Virus genome (UHGV): UHGV-0119412
Strand: one strand, 5' to 3'
Source: a virus
DNA length: 30,381 bases
The notes beneath the pieces were generated by a model. The model made no database searches, had not been told where the DNA came from, and was given only the letters and a program-made list of their open reading frames with translations. This document shows positions 9,800-17,436 of this stretch, in pieces (the stretch's first letter is position 1; each line of letters begins with the position of its first letter). A program made the translations under genes and the position numbers.

Positions 9800-10437
9800 A
9801 ACGGTGCCCCCGTTTGCCCGCCGCTGTCGCCCGGGTGTTTATGGGTGTGGAGTACCTTGCCATTAGACGACAGTGACCCGCCGGTATGTTCGATATTGCC
9901 GCTCATCTTGCCGCCTTTCTGCACCTCAAGCGTCGCCGTCGTTAGCTTATTGGTGCAAATCACCTCCGGGGTGTCGAGGGTGATACTGGTCGAGGCTTTC
10001 ACCAGTACCAGCGGTACGGTTGCGGTGATGGACTCCGATGCCGTCACGTCGGCCGTTTTTATGCCGCTGACCGTCAGCGCGCCGGTTTCGGGCTCGTACT
10101 CAATGACCGCACCATCAGGGAAAGCCACATGCCACGCATCCGCCGAGGCCGACGGGGCGGGGTTATCGTCGGAGAAAATACCCGGCAGCACGAAAGCGGT
10201 ATCAAGCTCGCCACCGATTGCCAGCAGCAGAACCTGCTCACCGACCGAGGGAGCCCACCACGTCCGCGAACGACCGGCGCGGGTGGTCAGCCAGTTCAGC
10301 CATGTAGTCTGGATCCCGCCGCTTTGTACGCGGCACAGCCCCTGCACAGTATCGACCTCAGTCACCACGCCTGAGCGGATGAGGTTGCGAATGGCACGTG
10401 CTAACTCTTGAATGGTGTTTAATGTGTTCATGAACAA
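9796..10437 (-). CDS. V: Baseplate spike/assembly protein gpV
   Basis: 213-aa ORF at the head of the V-W-J-I-fibre operon; P2 gpV is 211 aa. Confidence 0.8.
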   Translation of the reverse strand: MFMNTLNTIQELARAIRNLIRSGVVTEVDTVQGLCRVQSGGIQTTWLNWLTTRAGRSRTWWAPSVGEQVLLLAIGGELDTAFVLPGIFSDDNPAPSASADAWHVAFPDGAVIEYEPETGALTVSGIKTADVTASESITATVPLVLVKASTSITLDTPEVICTNKLTTATLEVQKGGKMSGNIEHTGGSLSSNGKVLHTHKHPGDSGGQTGAPL

Positions 10438-10568
10438 AGAATGCCGATTGTTAATGCCAAGAGCAAAACGATTCAGCTGTATGCTCTTCTACACAATTCG
10501 GTGTGCATTCATGTATCATTTGAGTGTTGAATCATTCGAAAATCACACAAAACATATGGCAGGTAGTA

Positions 10569-11405
10569 ATGAAAAGAACTTCATCTTTTAGGCGTACAAT
10601 AAGCAATATGAAATATATTATAGGTATCTTTTTTTTATACTCCGGGCTTATAGTAGGGTTGTCTGTTTATAATGATAACTACAACTCAAAATTCATGGAG
10701 AATTTTCTTGTTAATGCAAATTCTTCAATTTTAGACTTTCTTGTTTTGGGTGTGATTCTTTACTATTTTGAAAATAAAAGGCAAAATAAAGATGCTATTC
10801 ACGAACTAATTGAAGATCTTGAAAATCTGGCAAAGCATTCTTCTGCAGAACTGAATATTATGAAGATAAAAATCATACGTCAGTTAAATGCCAAAGGAAT
10901 ATATAACATTCAAGTTCCAAGGATTGAACTTGATAAAATGTCCACTATCAAATATTTACATTTTAAAGACGCTGACTTAACCGGCTTGAATATGAGTGAA
11001 TCATACATTAGAGATTGTTCTTTCGATAATTGCACAATTCAAGCTCTAAATATTACAGGCAATAGAGTTAAGAGTGTTAAATTCAAAAACTGCAAGCTAA
11101 GAAATATTAAGGCATTTAATACATGTTTTCAAAATGTTACTTTCGAAAACTGCAGTTTTGAAGGGGGGTATTTTACAGATAGCGAAATGAAAAGCTGCAT
11201 ATTAAAAGGATGTGATTTTAAATCCGTTACTTATGAAGGGGCTAACATGCGGAATGCAAATCTATTAAATTCAATTAACATTAGCGTTAAAGAACTTGTT
11301 AAAGCAAAAAACATAGATTATTTAATTTGTGATGAGCAAATTAAAAATGAAATAAGAAAGGAAAACCCAGCAATAAAAATATCTAGAGGAATAATACGAG
11401 GTTAG
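10569..11405 (+). CDS. Membrane-anchored pentapeptide-repeat protein (cargo/moron)
   Basis: Plus-strand ORF on the strand opposite to its neighbours, clearly AT-rich. Start chosen at the ATG at 10569, preceded by AGGT (the track ORF begins at a GTG at 10524). N-terminal hydrophobic helix (YIIGIFFLYSGLIVGLSVY) then tandem A(D/N)LxX-type pentapeptide repeats (DADLTGLNMSESYIRDCSFDNCTIQALNITGNRVKSVKFKNCKLRNIKAFNTCFQNVTFENCSFEGGYF...). Confidence 0.7.
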   Translation: MKRTSSFRRTISNMKYIIGIFFLYSGLIVGLSVYNDNYNSKFMENFLVNANSSILDFLVLGVILYYFENKRQNKDAIHELIEDLENLAKHSSAELNIMKIKIIRQLNAKGIYNIQVPRIELDKMSTIKYLHFKDADLTGLNMSESYIRDCSFDNCTIQALNITGNRVKSVKFKNCKLRNIKAFNTCFQNVTFENCSFEGGYFTDSEMKSCILKGCDFKSVTYEGANMRNANLLNSINISVKELVKAKNIDYLICDEQIKNEIRKENPAIKISRGIIRG

Positions 11406-11460
11406 GGAATCGAACCCAACTCAGTGGGCACGCCCACCTAGACACCAGTCCACCTCTATC
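11404..11460 (-). other. tRNA-like fragment (T-loop-like GGGTTCGATTCCC on the minus strand), not an intact tRNA
   Basis: The plus strand reads GGGAATCGAACCCAAC, the reverse complement of a canonical tRNA T-arm box; no complete cloverleaf could be folded by hand. Confidence 0.2.
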
Positions 11461-11486
11461 GCTGAGATATATAATAATTCTCAGCG
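11460..11486. other. Perfect 8-bp stem hairpin (CGCTGAGA / TCTCAGCG) with an 11-nt AT loop
   Basis: Seen directly, between the cargo gene and the gpS stop; no flanking T-run, so not a classic intrinsic terminator. Confidence 0.3.
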
Positions 11487-11495
11487 AATCCAAAG

Positions 11496-11951
11496 TCAAT
11501 GGCGTTGACATAAAGCATCCATAATTAAACTCTCAACTTTTTGTAAGTCTGATGAAGAGTATCCGAGCAACGGTCGCGCCTCGTACTGCACATCCCGGCT
11601 GTTGCGGTTTGGCCGGTCTTTTAGGCCGTACTGATGCACCCGCGCCATGCGCTGCACCTTGCCGGTAAACTCCACCACCGCCGCACTGTCGCTGCCTTTG
11701 GCTTTCATAAAGCGACTGGTGCGCAGTTTGGCGAACATTTCACGTTTAATCCGACCTTTCTTGCTCCGCACCGGCTGGCGCTTTCGTGCCGCATACGGGG
11801 TGCCGTCGGGTGCCTGCTGGCGCTTGATACGCTGTTGCTGACTGGTACGCAGCTTTTTCGCAACCTCAGCCGCCATTTGCCGACGTGCCGCCGGTGACAG
11901 GCTGGCAATCAGACCGGCAAGGCGTTCCTGCAGCGCGGTTAATTCACTCAT
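11496..11951 (-). CDS. S: Tail completion protein gpS
   Basis: 151-aa ORF; P2 gpS is 150 aa; overlaps the R gene end as in P2. Confidence 0.8.
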   Translation of the reverse strand: MSELTALQERLAGLIASLSPAARRQMAAEVAKKLRTSQQQRIKRQQAPDGTPYAARKRQPVRSKKGRIKREMFAKLRTSRFMKAKGSDSAAVVEFTGKVQRMARVHQYGLKDRPNRNSRDVQYEARPLLGYSSSDLQKVESLIMDALCQRH

Positions 11952-12420
11952 CCCACTTACTCACCAGTTCGCCGTTAACGTACAGCTCGACCGGGCGCGT
12001 CACCGGCTCAGGCAGTGGCGGCTCAGGGGCATAGCTGACGTGCAGCGCGCCGTCGACCTCTTTGACGAGCGTGCGCTCGGTGAGCCTCAGGCTGATACTG
12101 ATATCGAGCGAATCGTCGTTATTGATATCAATAATCCAGGTGAATCCTTTTTCCCGCCCGTCGTCGGTGGTCATAATGTCCGGCTGATGTTCACGCAGCC
12201 ACGCCTGCACCGGCACGAATATCAAATCAAGGTCACCGGTGAAGTCGGTCACTACCACGTTAAGCACGTACACCTTTTCAAACGACAGCGAGCTCGCCAG
12301 TCGGGAATCGGTATGGCCGTTGTCGGCAAAAAGGCGCAGCATATCGGGATTATTTCGGAGCTGCGGCACGGCGTTAATCAGCGCTTTGCGCAGGCTTTTG
12401 TGCTTCTGCATCGAGTTCAT
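11944..12420 (-). CDS. R: Tail completion protein gpR
   Basis: 158-aa ORF downstream of the lysis cassette; P2 gpR is 155 aa. Confidence 0.8.
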   Translation of the reverse strand: MNSMQKHKSLRKALINAVPQLRNNPDMLRLFADNGHTDSRLASSLSFEKVYVLNVVVTDFTGDLDLIFVPVQAWLREHQPDIMTTDDGREKGFTWIIDINNDDSLDISISLRLTERTLVKEVDGALHVSYAPEPPLPEPVTRPVELYVNGELVSKWDE

Positions 12421-12664
12421 CCTGACAGTGTTTGACGGTTTTAACCTGCAGCGCGCAGGCGGTCAGCGCGCCCTCAAGACGGCGGATATCTGCGCTCAGG
12501 TCACCATTGGTTTTCGGGTCACTTCCCGGCATCGGACAAAGGCTCACCCTCGGGCATCCGCTGACCACAATCACCGGCACTGGCGCAGGCGGTGCGGGTG
12601 TGCAGCCGACGCACAACATCAGGCAAAGCAGCGTTATACCAGCGGCGAAAGGCTTCATTTTCAT
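12374..12664 (-). CDS. lysC: LysC-type outer-membrane lipoprotein spanin (o-spanin), partly embedded in lysB
   Basis: 96-aa ORF in an alternate frame of lysB; signal-peptide-like N-terminus with a lipobox-like LCVGC and a Pro-rich stretch (TPAPPAPVPV); P2 LysC arrangement. Confidence 0.6.
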   Translation of the reverse strand: MKMKPFAAGITLLCLMLCVGCTPAPPAPVPVIVVSGCPRVSLCPMPGSDPKTNGDLSADIRRLEGALTACALQVKTVKHCQDELDAEAQKPAQSAD

Positions 12665-12932
12665 TAAGTAACCTCGTTATCGTCTGCTCACGGCGGCTGG
12701 CCTCTGCGCTGGCCTTTGCGAGCTGTTCGCGCAGTTCCACCTGCGCGGATTCATTACGTCGGGCAAGCTGACCGGCAACACTGAGCTGATTTTTCAGCAT
12801 GCCAATCGTCGTCTTTTGTTCGCTTGCGACGCGGTTTGCCGTCTCAAAGGAGCGGGATAAATTGCCGTTCTCATGGCGCAACCACAGCAGCCCGAGCACG
12901 GCCAGCACCAGCAGCGTTATCAGGATTTTCAT
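12519..12932 (-). CDS. lysB: LysB-type inner-membrane spanin (i-spanin)
   Basis: Start taken at the internal Met (MKILITLLVLAVLGLLWL...), which forms an ATGA overlap with the endolysin stop; N-terminal transmembrane helix then a charged helical region. The track ORF extends to 12959. Confidence 0.65.
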   Translation of the reverse strand: MKILITLLVLAVLGLLWLRHENGNLSRSFETANRVASEQKTTIGMLKNQLSVAGQLARRNESAQVELREQLAKASAEASRREQTITRLLNENEAFRRWYNAALPDVVRRLHTRTACASAGDCGQRMPEGEPLSDAGK

Positions 12933-13426
12933 GCCATCACCCCGCCAGCCGTGCGCCACACAGTGACCAGTTTGTCGAGGCTGTGCTCACGCTGGCCGTA
13001 ACCTGCACCCGGCAGCGACGCCCATATATTGCGGCAACGTGAAATTGCTCGCTCAATACGCCCCGCTTTAATATCCTCAATGGCACCGCGCTCCCGGATT
13101 AACTGAATCGCAAGTTTGTCCTGCGACAACGGGCTGAAATCAGGCAATGCGAGCTGTTTCTGATAGTGCGGCCAGTAGAGATAAAGCTGCTGGTAACGCC
13201 CTGATGCCGTGGATTTTTCGCCGCGTCGATTAAACACTTTCGCTGGTCTGCCATGTGCGAAAGGGTGGTCGGTGTAGTCGGTGAAAATTTCCGGCTTGCC
13301 ATCAATGCCAGTGACAATGACGTCGTAACCACGATTTTTCGTCAGCGGATGCATCGCCGTCCCTTCGGAATAGGCCAGCATGTCCAGAAACGCGGCGATA
13401 TTCTGGTGAGTATTAATGACCGGCAT
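12929..13426 (-). CDS. K: Endolysin (gpK-type lysozyme)
   Basis: Start at the internal Met (MPVINTHQNIAAFLDMLAYSEGT...) gives 165 aa, the size of P2 gpK; the EGT motif is typical of lambda R/P2 K-type lysozymes. The longer 242-aa track ORF runs through the holin gene. Confidence 0.85.
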   Translation of the reverse strand: MPVINTHQNIAAFLDMLAYSEGTAMHPLTKNRGYDVIVTGIDGKPEIFTDYTDHPFAHGRPAKVFNRRGEKSTASGRYQQLYLYWPHYQKQLALPDFSPLSQDKLAIQLIRERGAIEDIKAGRIERAISRCRNIWASLPGAGYGQREHSLDKLVTVWRTAGGVMA

Positions 13427-13709
13427 CGCTATCCCCCTGTTGTGACTTAAAGCGGCGCTGAATGGCGATTTCCACCACCTGATAACCTGCAATGCCGAGC
13501 ATGGATCCAATCCCACAAACGGCAGGCAGTGACATATCTGGAAACTGCACCAGAACAACACCGGCGACCATTGAAACAAAACCGCCGAGCAGCATGCGGC
13601 CGATAAACAGGCGCGGGGTAATGGGCTCACCACCCGCCAGCACTTTTCCGACAACAATCATCACGCCAATCACAAACAGTGACAGGACGCCTTTTTCCCC
13701 TTCTGTCAT
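13413..13709 (-). CDS. Y: Holin (gpY-like)
   Basis: 98-aa ORF with predicted transmembrane helices and a charged C-terminus, directly upstream of the endolysin. Confidence 0.75.
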   Translation of the reverse strand: MTEGEKGVLSLFVIGVMIVVGKVLAGGEPITPRLFIGRMLLGGFVSMVAGVVLVQFPDMSLPAVCGIGSMLGIAGYQVVEIAIQRRFKSQQGDSDAGH

Positions 13710-13712
13710 GGT

Positions 13713-13916
13713 TTACTCCCAAAGGTTGATAGTTTCTGTTACGGGTGACGATGCCACGTCGGGCAGGTCAATTGCCGTGCCATGCGGCAGAATGACGCCC
13801 AGCTCAGACAGACCGGGATTAGCCTGCAGCACCGCCTCGACCACGCCCTCAGTGCGCCCGTAATACCGGGCGCAAAGCGCGTCGATGGTGTCGCCCTGCA
13901 TCGCGTAGACTTTCAT
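13713..13916 (-). CDS. X: Tail protein gpX
   Basis: 67-aa ORF between L and the holin; P2 gpX is 67 aa. Confidence 0.75.
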   Translation of the reverse strand: MKVYAMQGDTIDALCARYYGRTEGVVEAVLQANPGLSELGVILPHGTAIDLPDVASSPVTETINLWE

Positions 13917-14425
13917 CAGAGCTGACCCACGATGCAGCGCGGCTTATCCTGCAGGCGCGAGACCGACCAGCGCATATCCCGCCACAGGTCATCAATGGTG
14001 GTTTCGACGCTGTCGGCTTTTTTGTCACCCTTGCCGGTGGCCTCAACCCCGCGATAACGCTCATACAGGGTGGCGGTCGCCATCGCCGTCACGGCGCTGA
14101 GGTAGTGGAAAACGCGCACATTCTCGCCGTCGATTTCCTCGGCGTCAGGCACGTCGGCCAGTGTCTTAAACCCTGCGGCAATCTGGCGCAGCCGGTAGTC
14201 GTAAAGCTCCGCATTGGTTTCCGCCATGCCGGTCTTGATGGCGTTGCGCAGGCGCGCATCGGAAACCGTCTGCTCAAGTCGCATCAGCTCGCGCACCCGC
14301 TTCGGATCCACATCAGGGAAAAAGAACGTGTTTTTAATCACTGCGTCGCCCGTCTCCGGTGCGGGAATCACCACGCCCGGTACGTCCTGCGGTTCGTCGG
14401 GCTGATTCAGTATTACTGTCGTCAT
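13916..14425 (-). CDS. L: Head completion/stabilisation protein gpL
   Basis: 169-aa ORF; P2 gpL is 169 aa; follows M. Confidence 0.85.
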   Translation of the reverse strand: MTTVILNQPDEPQDVPGVVIPAPETGDAVIKNTFFFPDVDPKRVRELMRLEQTVSDARLRNAIKTGMAETNAELYDYRLRQIAAGFKTLADVPDAEEIDGENVRVFHYLSAVTAMATATLYERYRGVEATGKGDKKADSVETTIDDLWRDMRWSVSRLQDKPRCIVGQL

Positions 14426-14518
14426 GACAACCTCATTAGGTTGGGCGGTGGACGCCGGTCGCCGTCAGGGTCAAAACCCGCTTTGACCGGCGTGCCGCCC
14501 GGCTCGGGGAGCGTTCAG

Positions 14519-15268
14519 TTAACCGGCGGTTTTTACCGCCTTTGGTGGACGCCCGCGCTTTGCCGCCGGTTTGGTGGCAGGTTTGCGCGTGCGCGGTTTA
14601 GTCGTTTTACGGGGCGCAGCATCGGGCTTAGGCTTCAATGCCCGCTCCAGTCGCTCAATCTCTTTGCGCACACCGGCATTGCGGTCGAGCTGCATCGCGC
14701 GCTGAAACTGTGCCAGTGCTTCGGCGCTCTGACCGGCATCGCGCAGGGTTAGACCGGTCACCTTATGCAGTCGAGCGCGCACCATATCGGGAACGTCAGC
14801 GCCGTCGGTCAGGCTAAGGGTGGTCAGCAGCAATGCGAGGTCGACAGGCTCACCGGCATCGCGCAGGCGCAGCGCGGCAAGCGCCACCTCCTCAACCAGC
14901 ATGTAAGGTGTCGTGCGGCGATAGTCAGAGGTGAGGCCGTACTTCAGCGCGTATGGCGCAATTTCCAGCGCGCCAGCGATATCACCGGCATCGAGACGCC
15001 ACAGCATGACTGTCATCAGAATGTCATCCTGCGCACCACGGCCATCAGCCAGCACACCGGCGACCCACGGCGCATAGAACGGCAGCAGCTCACGCTTTTT
15101 CGCGGCTTTCAGTTCGTTTGAACGGATGGTTTTCAACGTGCGGCGGTCATCGGCCAGCTTTACCAGCATCTGCTCGTAGGCGGTTGCATGGCGCAGCGGG
15201 GCTTGTTCCCGCTGCGCGGCTTGAGAGGCCGAGACCCGCATCATGTGACGCTGTGCGGGGCTCGTCAT
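14519..15268 (-). CDS. M: Terminase small (endonuclease) subunit gpM
   Basis: Start taken at the Met (MTSPAQRHMM...) 4 nt after the N stop, giving 249 aa (P2 gpM is 247 aa); basic C-terminal tail. The track ORF extends to 15364, overlapping N. Confidence 0.8.
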   Translation of the reverse strand: MTSPAQRHMMRVSASQAAQREQAPLRHATAYEQMLVKLADDRRTLKTIRSNELKAAKKRELLPFYAPWVAGVLADGRGAQDDILMTVMLWRLDAGDIAGALEIAPYALKYGLTSDYRRTTPYMLVEEVALAALRLRDAGEPVDLALLLTTLSLTDGADVPDMVRARLHKVTGLTLRDAGQSAEALAQFQRAMQLDRNAGVRKEIERLERALKPKPDAAPRKTTKPRTRKPATKPAAKRGRPPKAVKTAG

Positions 15269-15272
15269 GGGC

Positions 15273-16340
15273 TTACTCTCCGCTTTCCGGTGCTGCAGGT
15301 GTGGTGAAATCGCCCAGGGTGATGTTTTCCAGCAGACACCCGGCGGCATACGCCTCGACCACATAGTCGATATTCATTGACTCGTAGTTTTCCACGCGGT
15401 CTTTTTTCGGGTTTTCATCAATGCTGCGGCGGTGGCTCTCATCCATGAAATAGATAGAGAGGTTTTCCAGCGTTGTCACTAACACGGCATTCGCCGGGAA
15501 GTACGGCACACGCACAGCAGGCAGGTTGCCGATTCGCTTCTGGCTGATGATGATATCTGCCGCGAGCGCTTCGCTGTTTTCTTGCGGCTTGTTCACCAGC
15601 GGGAAATATTTGTCGGCCAGCAGCTTACGGCCAACGATGGCAACGAGTTTCGGGTCATCCTGATAAACCTCGTCAATCAGGTTGTTGGTAGCATCCATCA
15701 CCAGCGCGTCGAGGTTCTCATAGTCGCCGTTTTTACCGACGCGAATCACTGCCGAAACGACCTTACCGTCAGCATCGGTGATATTGCTCATCACACGCGT
15801 CGGGGCTTCGTTGCGGTATTTCTGCAGCCAGCCGACGGCTACATCCTGCAGCATCGGATTTTGGGTGCGGTCAGAGGTGGCGGCGCGGGTGGTACCGTTA
15901 AAACCGGCCATGATGAAATCGAGCGCCTGACGCTTAACAATGGTGTCACGGATGCGGCGCTGAAAGTCCTGAAAACGCGCCCACAGGTCGAGGGTTTTAT
16001 ATTTCAGATGGAAGTCAAAGTTAATCTGGTCGCACTCGTACTTGTTGGACTCAAGCGCGGTGAAGTCTGCGGTCTTACGCTCATCATCGCCCGAGGTGTC
16101 GGTCGTGCTGGCGATAGTACCGGTCACACCGACGCCGATTTTCTCACCCTTCATTTCTGCGACCGGCAGAATGTTAATCGTCTGCAGAAACGCGGATGAC
16201 TCCTGCACTTTGTTCATCAGCGTTTGCGTGACGGACGGCTCGACGGTGAATTTTTTACTGACGTCATCAGTGCTGATGCCGTTCAGCTCAGCGACGCGGG
16301 TCAGATAGGCATTGAACTTAAAACGGGTTTCCGGGCGCAT
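15273..16340 (-). CDS. N: Major capsid protein gpN
   Basis: 355-aa ORF between O and M; P2 gpN is 357 aa. Confidence 0.9.
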   Translation of the reverse strand: MRPETRFKFNAYLTRVAELNGISTDDVSKKFTVEPSVTQTLMNKVQESSAFLQTINILPVAEMKGEKIGVGVTGTIASTTDTSGDDERKTADFTALESNKYECDQINFDFHLKYKTLDLWARFQDFQRRIRDTIVKRQALDFIMAGFNGTTRAATSDRTQNPMLQDVAVGWLQKYRNEAPTRVMSNITDADGKVVSAVIRVGKNGDYENLDALVMDATNNLIDEVYQDDPKLVAIVGRKLLADKYFPLVNKPQENSEALAADIIISQKRIGNLPAVRVPYFPANAVLVTTLENLSIYFMDESHRRSIDENPKKDRVENYESMNIDYVVEAYAAGCLLENITLGDFTTPAAPESGE

Positions 16341-16416
16341 AGTATTTCCTGTTTGAATTTATCGGTTAGTCACTGCATCGGGCGGAGTTACCGCCCGGTT
16401 TCTGGTCTGCGGTTTA

Positions 16417-17271
16417 TCAGCAGTCGGTCAGCAGCTCATCGCCACCACCGCCGCTGGCTTTCGTGCGTCGCGGCTGGCTGAAACTTTCGGTTTTGTCGAG
16501 GGTGGCTTTCAGGGCGGAAAATGCCTGGCTGGTTTCTTCAATCTTGCCGGTCAGTTCCTGTTTAAAGGTGGTAAGCGCGGCTTCCATAGCGGAAAGACGC
16601 TTATCCTGCGCAGTGAGGTTGGTCTGCACATGCTCGCTGACGGTGGTCACCGCTTCATGCACATCATTCAGGCGCGCATCGTCGCTGACCTGCTTACGGC
16701 TGAAAATGGCTTTCACCTTATCTGCCAGGCTGTTTAACACCGTATCGGGAACGTCTTCAAATTCCAGTTCGGCCAGCGTGGCAGCGGAAAAGACGTTTTC
16801 AGGGTTGGCCTTAAAGCGCTGCAGAGGGTTGTGCTTCGCGTTGCGGCAGAATTCGAGGTATTCAGTGCCGAGGCTCGCCGGGTCATCGGTGACAGCAAGG
16901 CCGACGAGGTAGCATTTGCCGGTATTGGCAAAATTCGGCTGAATTTCCATTGAGGTGTAGACCTTCTGCAATTTTTTATTCATCGCAATCAGGTCGTCGG
17001 TTGGGGTGATTCTGGCGAACAACGCCCATTTGCCGTTAAGCGCAGAATCGTCGTCAATTATTTCAGCTTTCAGTTCAACCACATCGCCTAAGCGTTTGAA
17101 GTCGCCATCAGGAAAGAGACCGCGAATATGCTCAAGGTTAATGCGGCAACCGTAGACGCGAGGGTCAAACGATTCGGCCATTTCCTGAATATCGTTGCCG
17201 CTGATAATGCGGCCGTCGCAGGTGTCACCCTCGACGCCGATGCGAAAGAATTTTGAGACTTTTTTTGCCAT
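16417..17271 (-). CDS. O: Capsid scaffolding protein gpO
   Basis: 284-aa ORF, divergent from P; P2 gpO is 284 aa. Confidence 0.85.
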   Translation of the reverse strand: MAKKVSKFFRIGVEGDTCDGRIISGNDIQEMAESFDPRVYGCRINLEHIRGLFPDGDFKRLGDVVELKAEIIDDDSALNGKWALFARITPTDDLIAMNKKLQKVYTSMEIQPNFANTGKCYLVGLAVTDDPASLGTEYLEFCRNAKHNPLQRFKANPENVFSAATLAELEFEDVPDTVLNSLADKVKAIFSRKQVSDDARLNDVHEAVTTVSEHVQTNLTAQDKRLSAMEAALTTFKQELTGKIEETSQAFSALKATLDKTESFSQPRRTKASGGGGDELLTDC

Positions 17272-17436
17272 TGTCAGGAGTCCTGAGGTTGAGGTTACTG
17301 GTCACCGCCAGTTTCCAGACTCAGGACACGCCAGACCACCAATGACGACTGGACAACTGCCCACACAACAGCACCTTAGCGAATCACTGACGGCCATTAA
17401 GTAGCCTTGCCCTGAATCCACTACGGCGAGGCATCA

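Noticed and set aside
11404-11460. Intact tRNA gene
   Set aside because: Only a T-arm-like box is present; no acceptor or anticodon stems could be formed, so it is reported only as a fragment.
12929-13657. 242-aa version of the endolysin ORF
   Set aside because: The N-terminal 77 codons run antisense through the holin gene and are Cys/Trp-rich; the internal Met gives exactly the P2 gpK size.
14426-14518. Hairpin (GGTCAAA-ACCCGC-TTTGACC) between genes M and L, considered as a terminator
   Set aside because: No T-run follows it, and M and L are co-transcribed in P2; more likely an incidental or translational-coupling structure.
17272-17436. Ogr/B-dependent late promoters in the O/P divergent region
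   Set aside because: Divergent late promoters are expected here, but I could not find a convincing TGT-N12-ACA activator dyad by hand, so no specific site is annotated.
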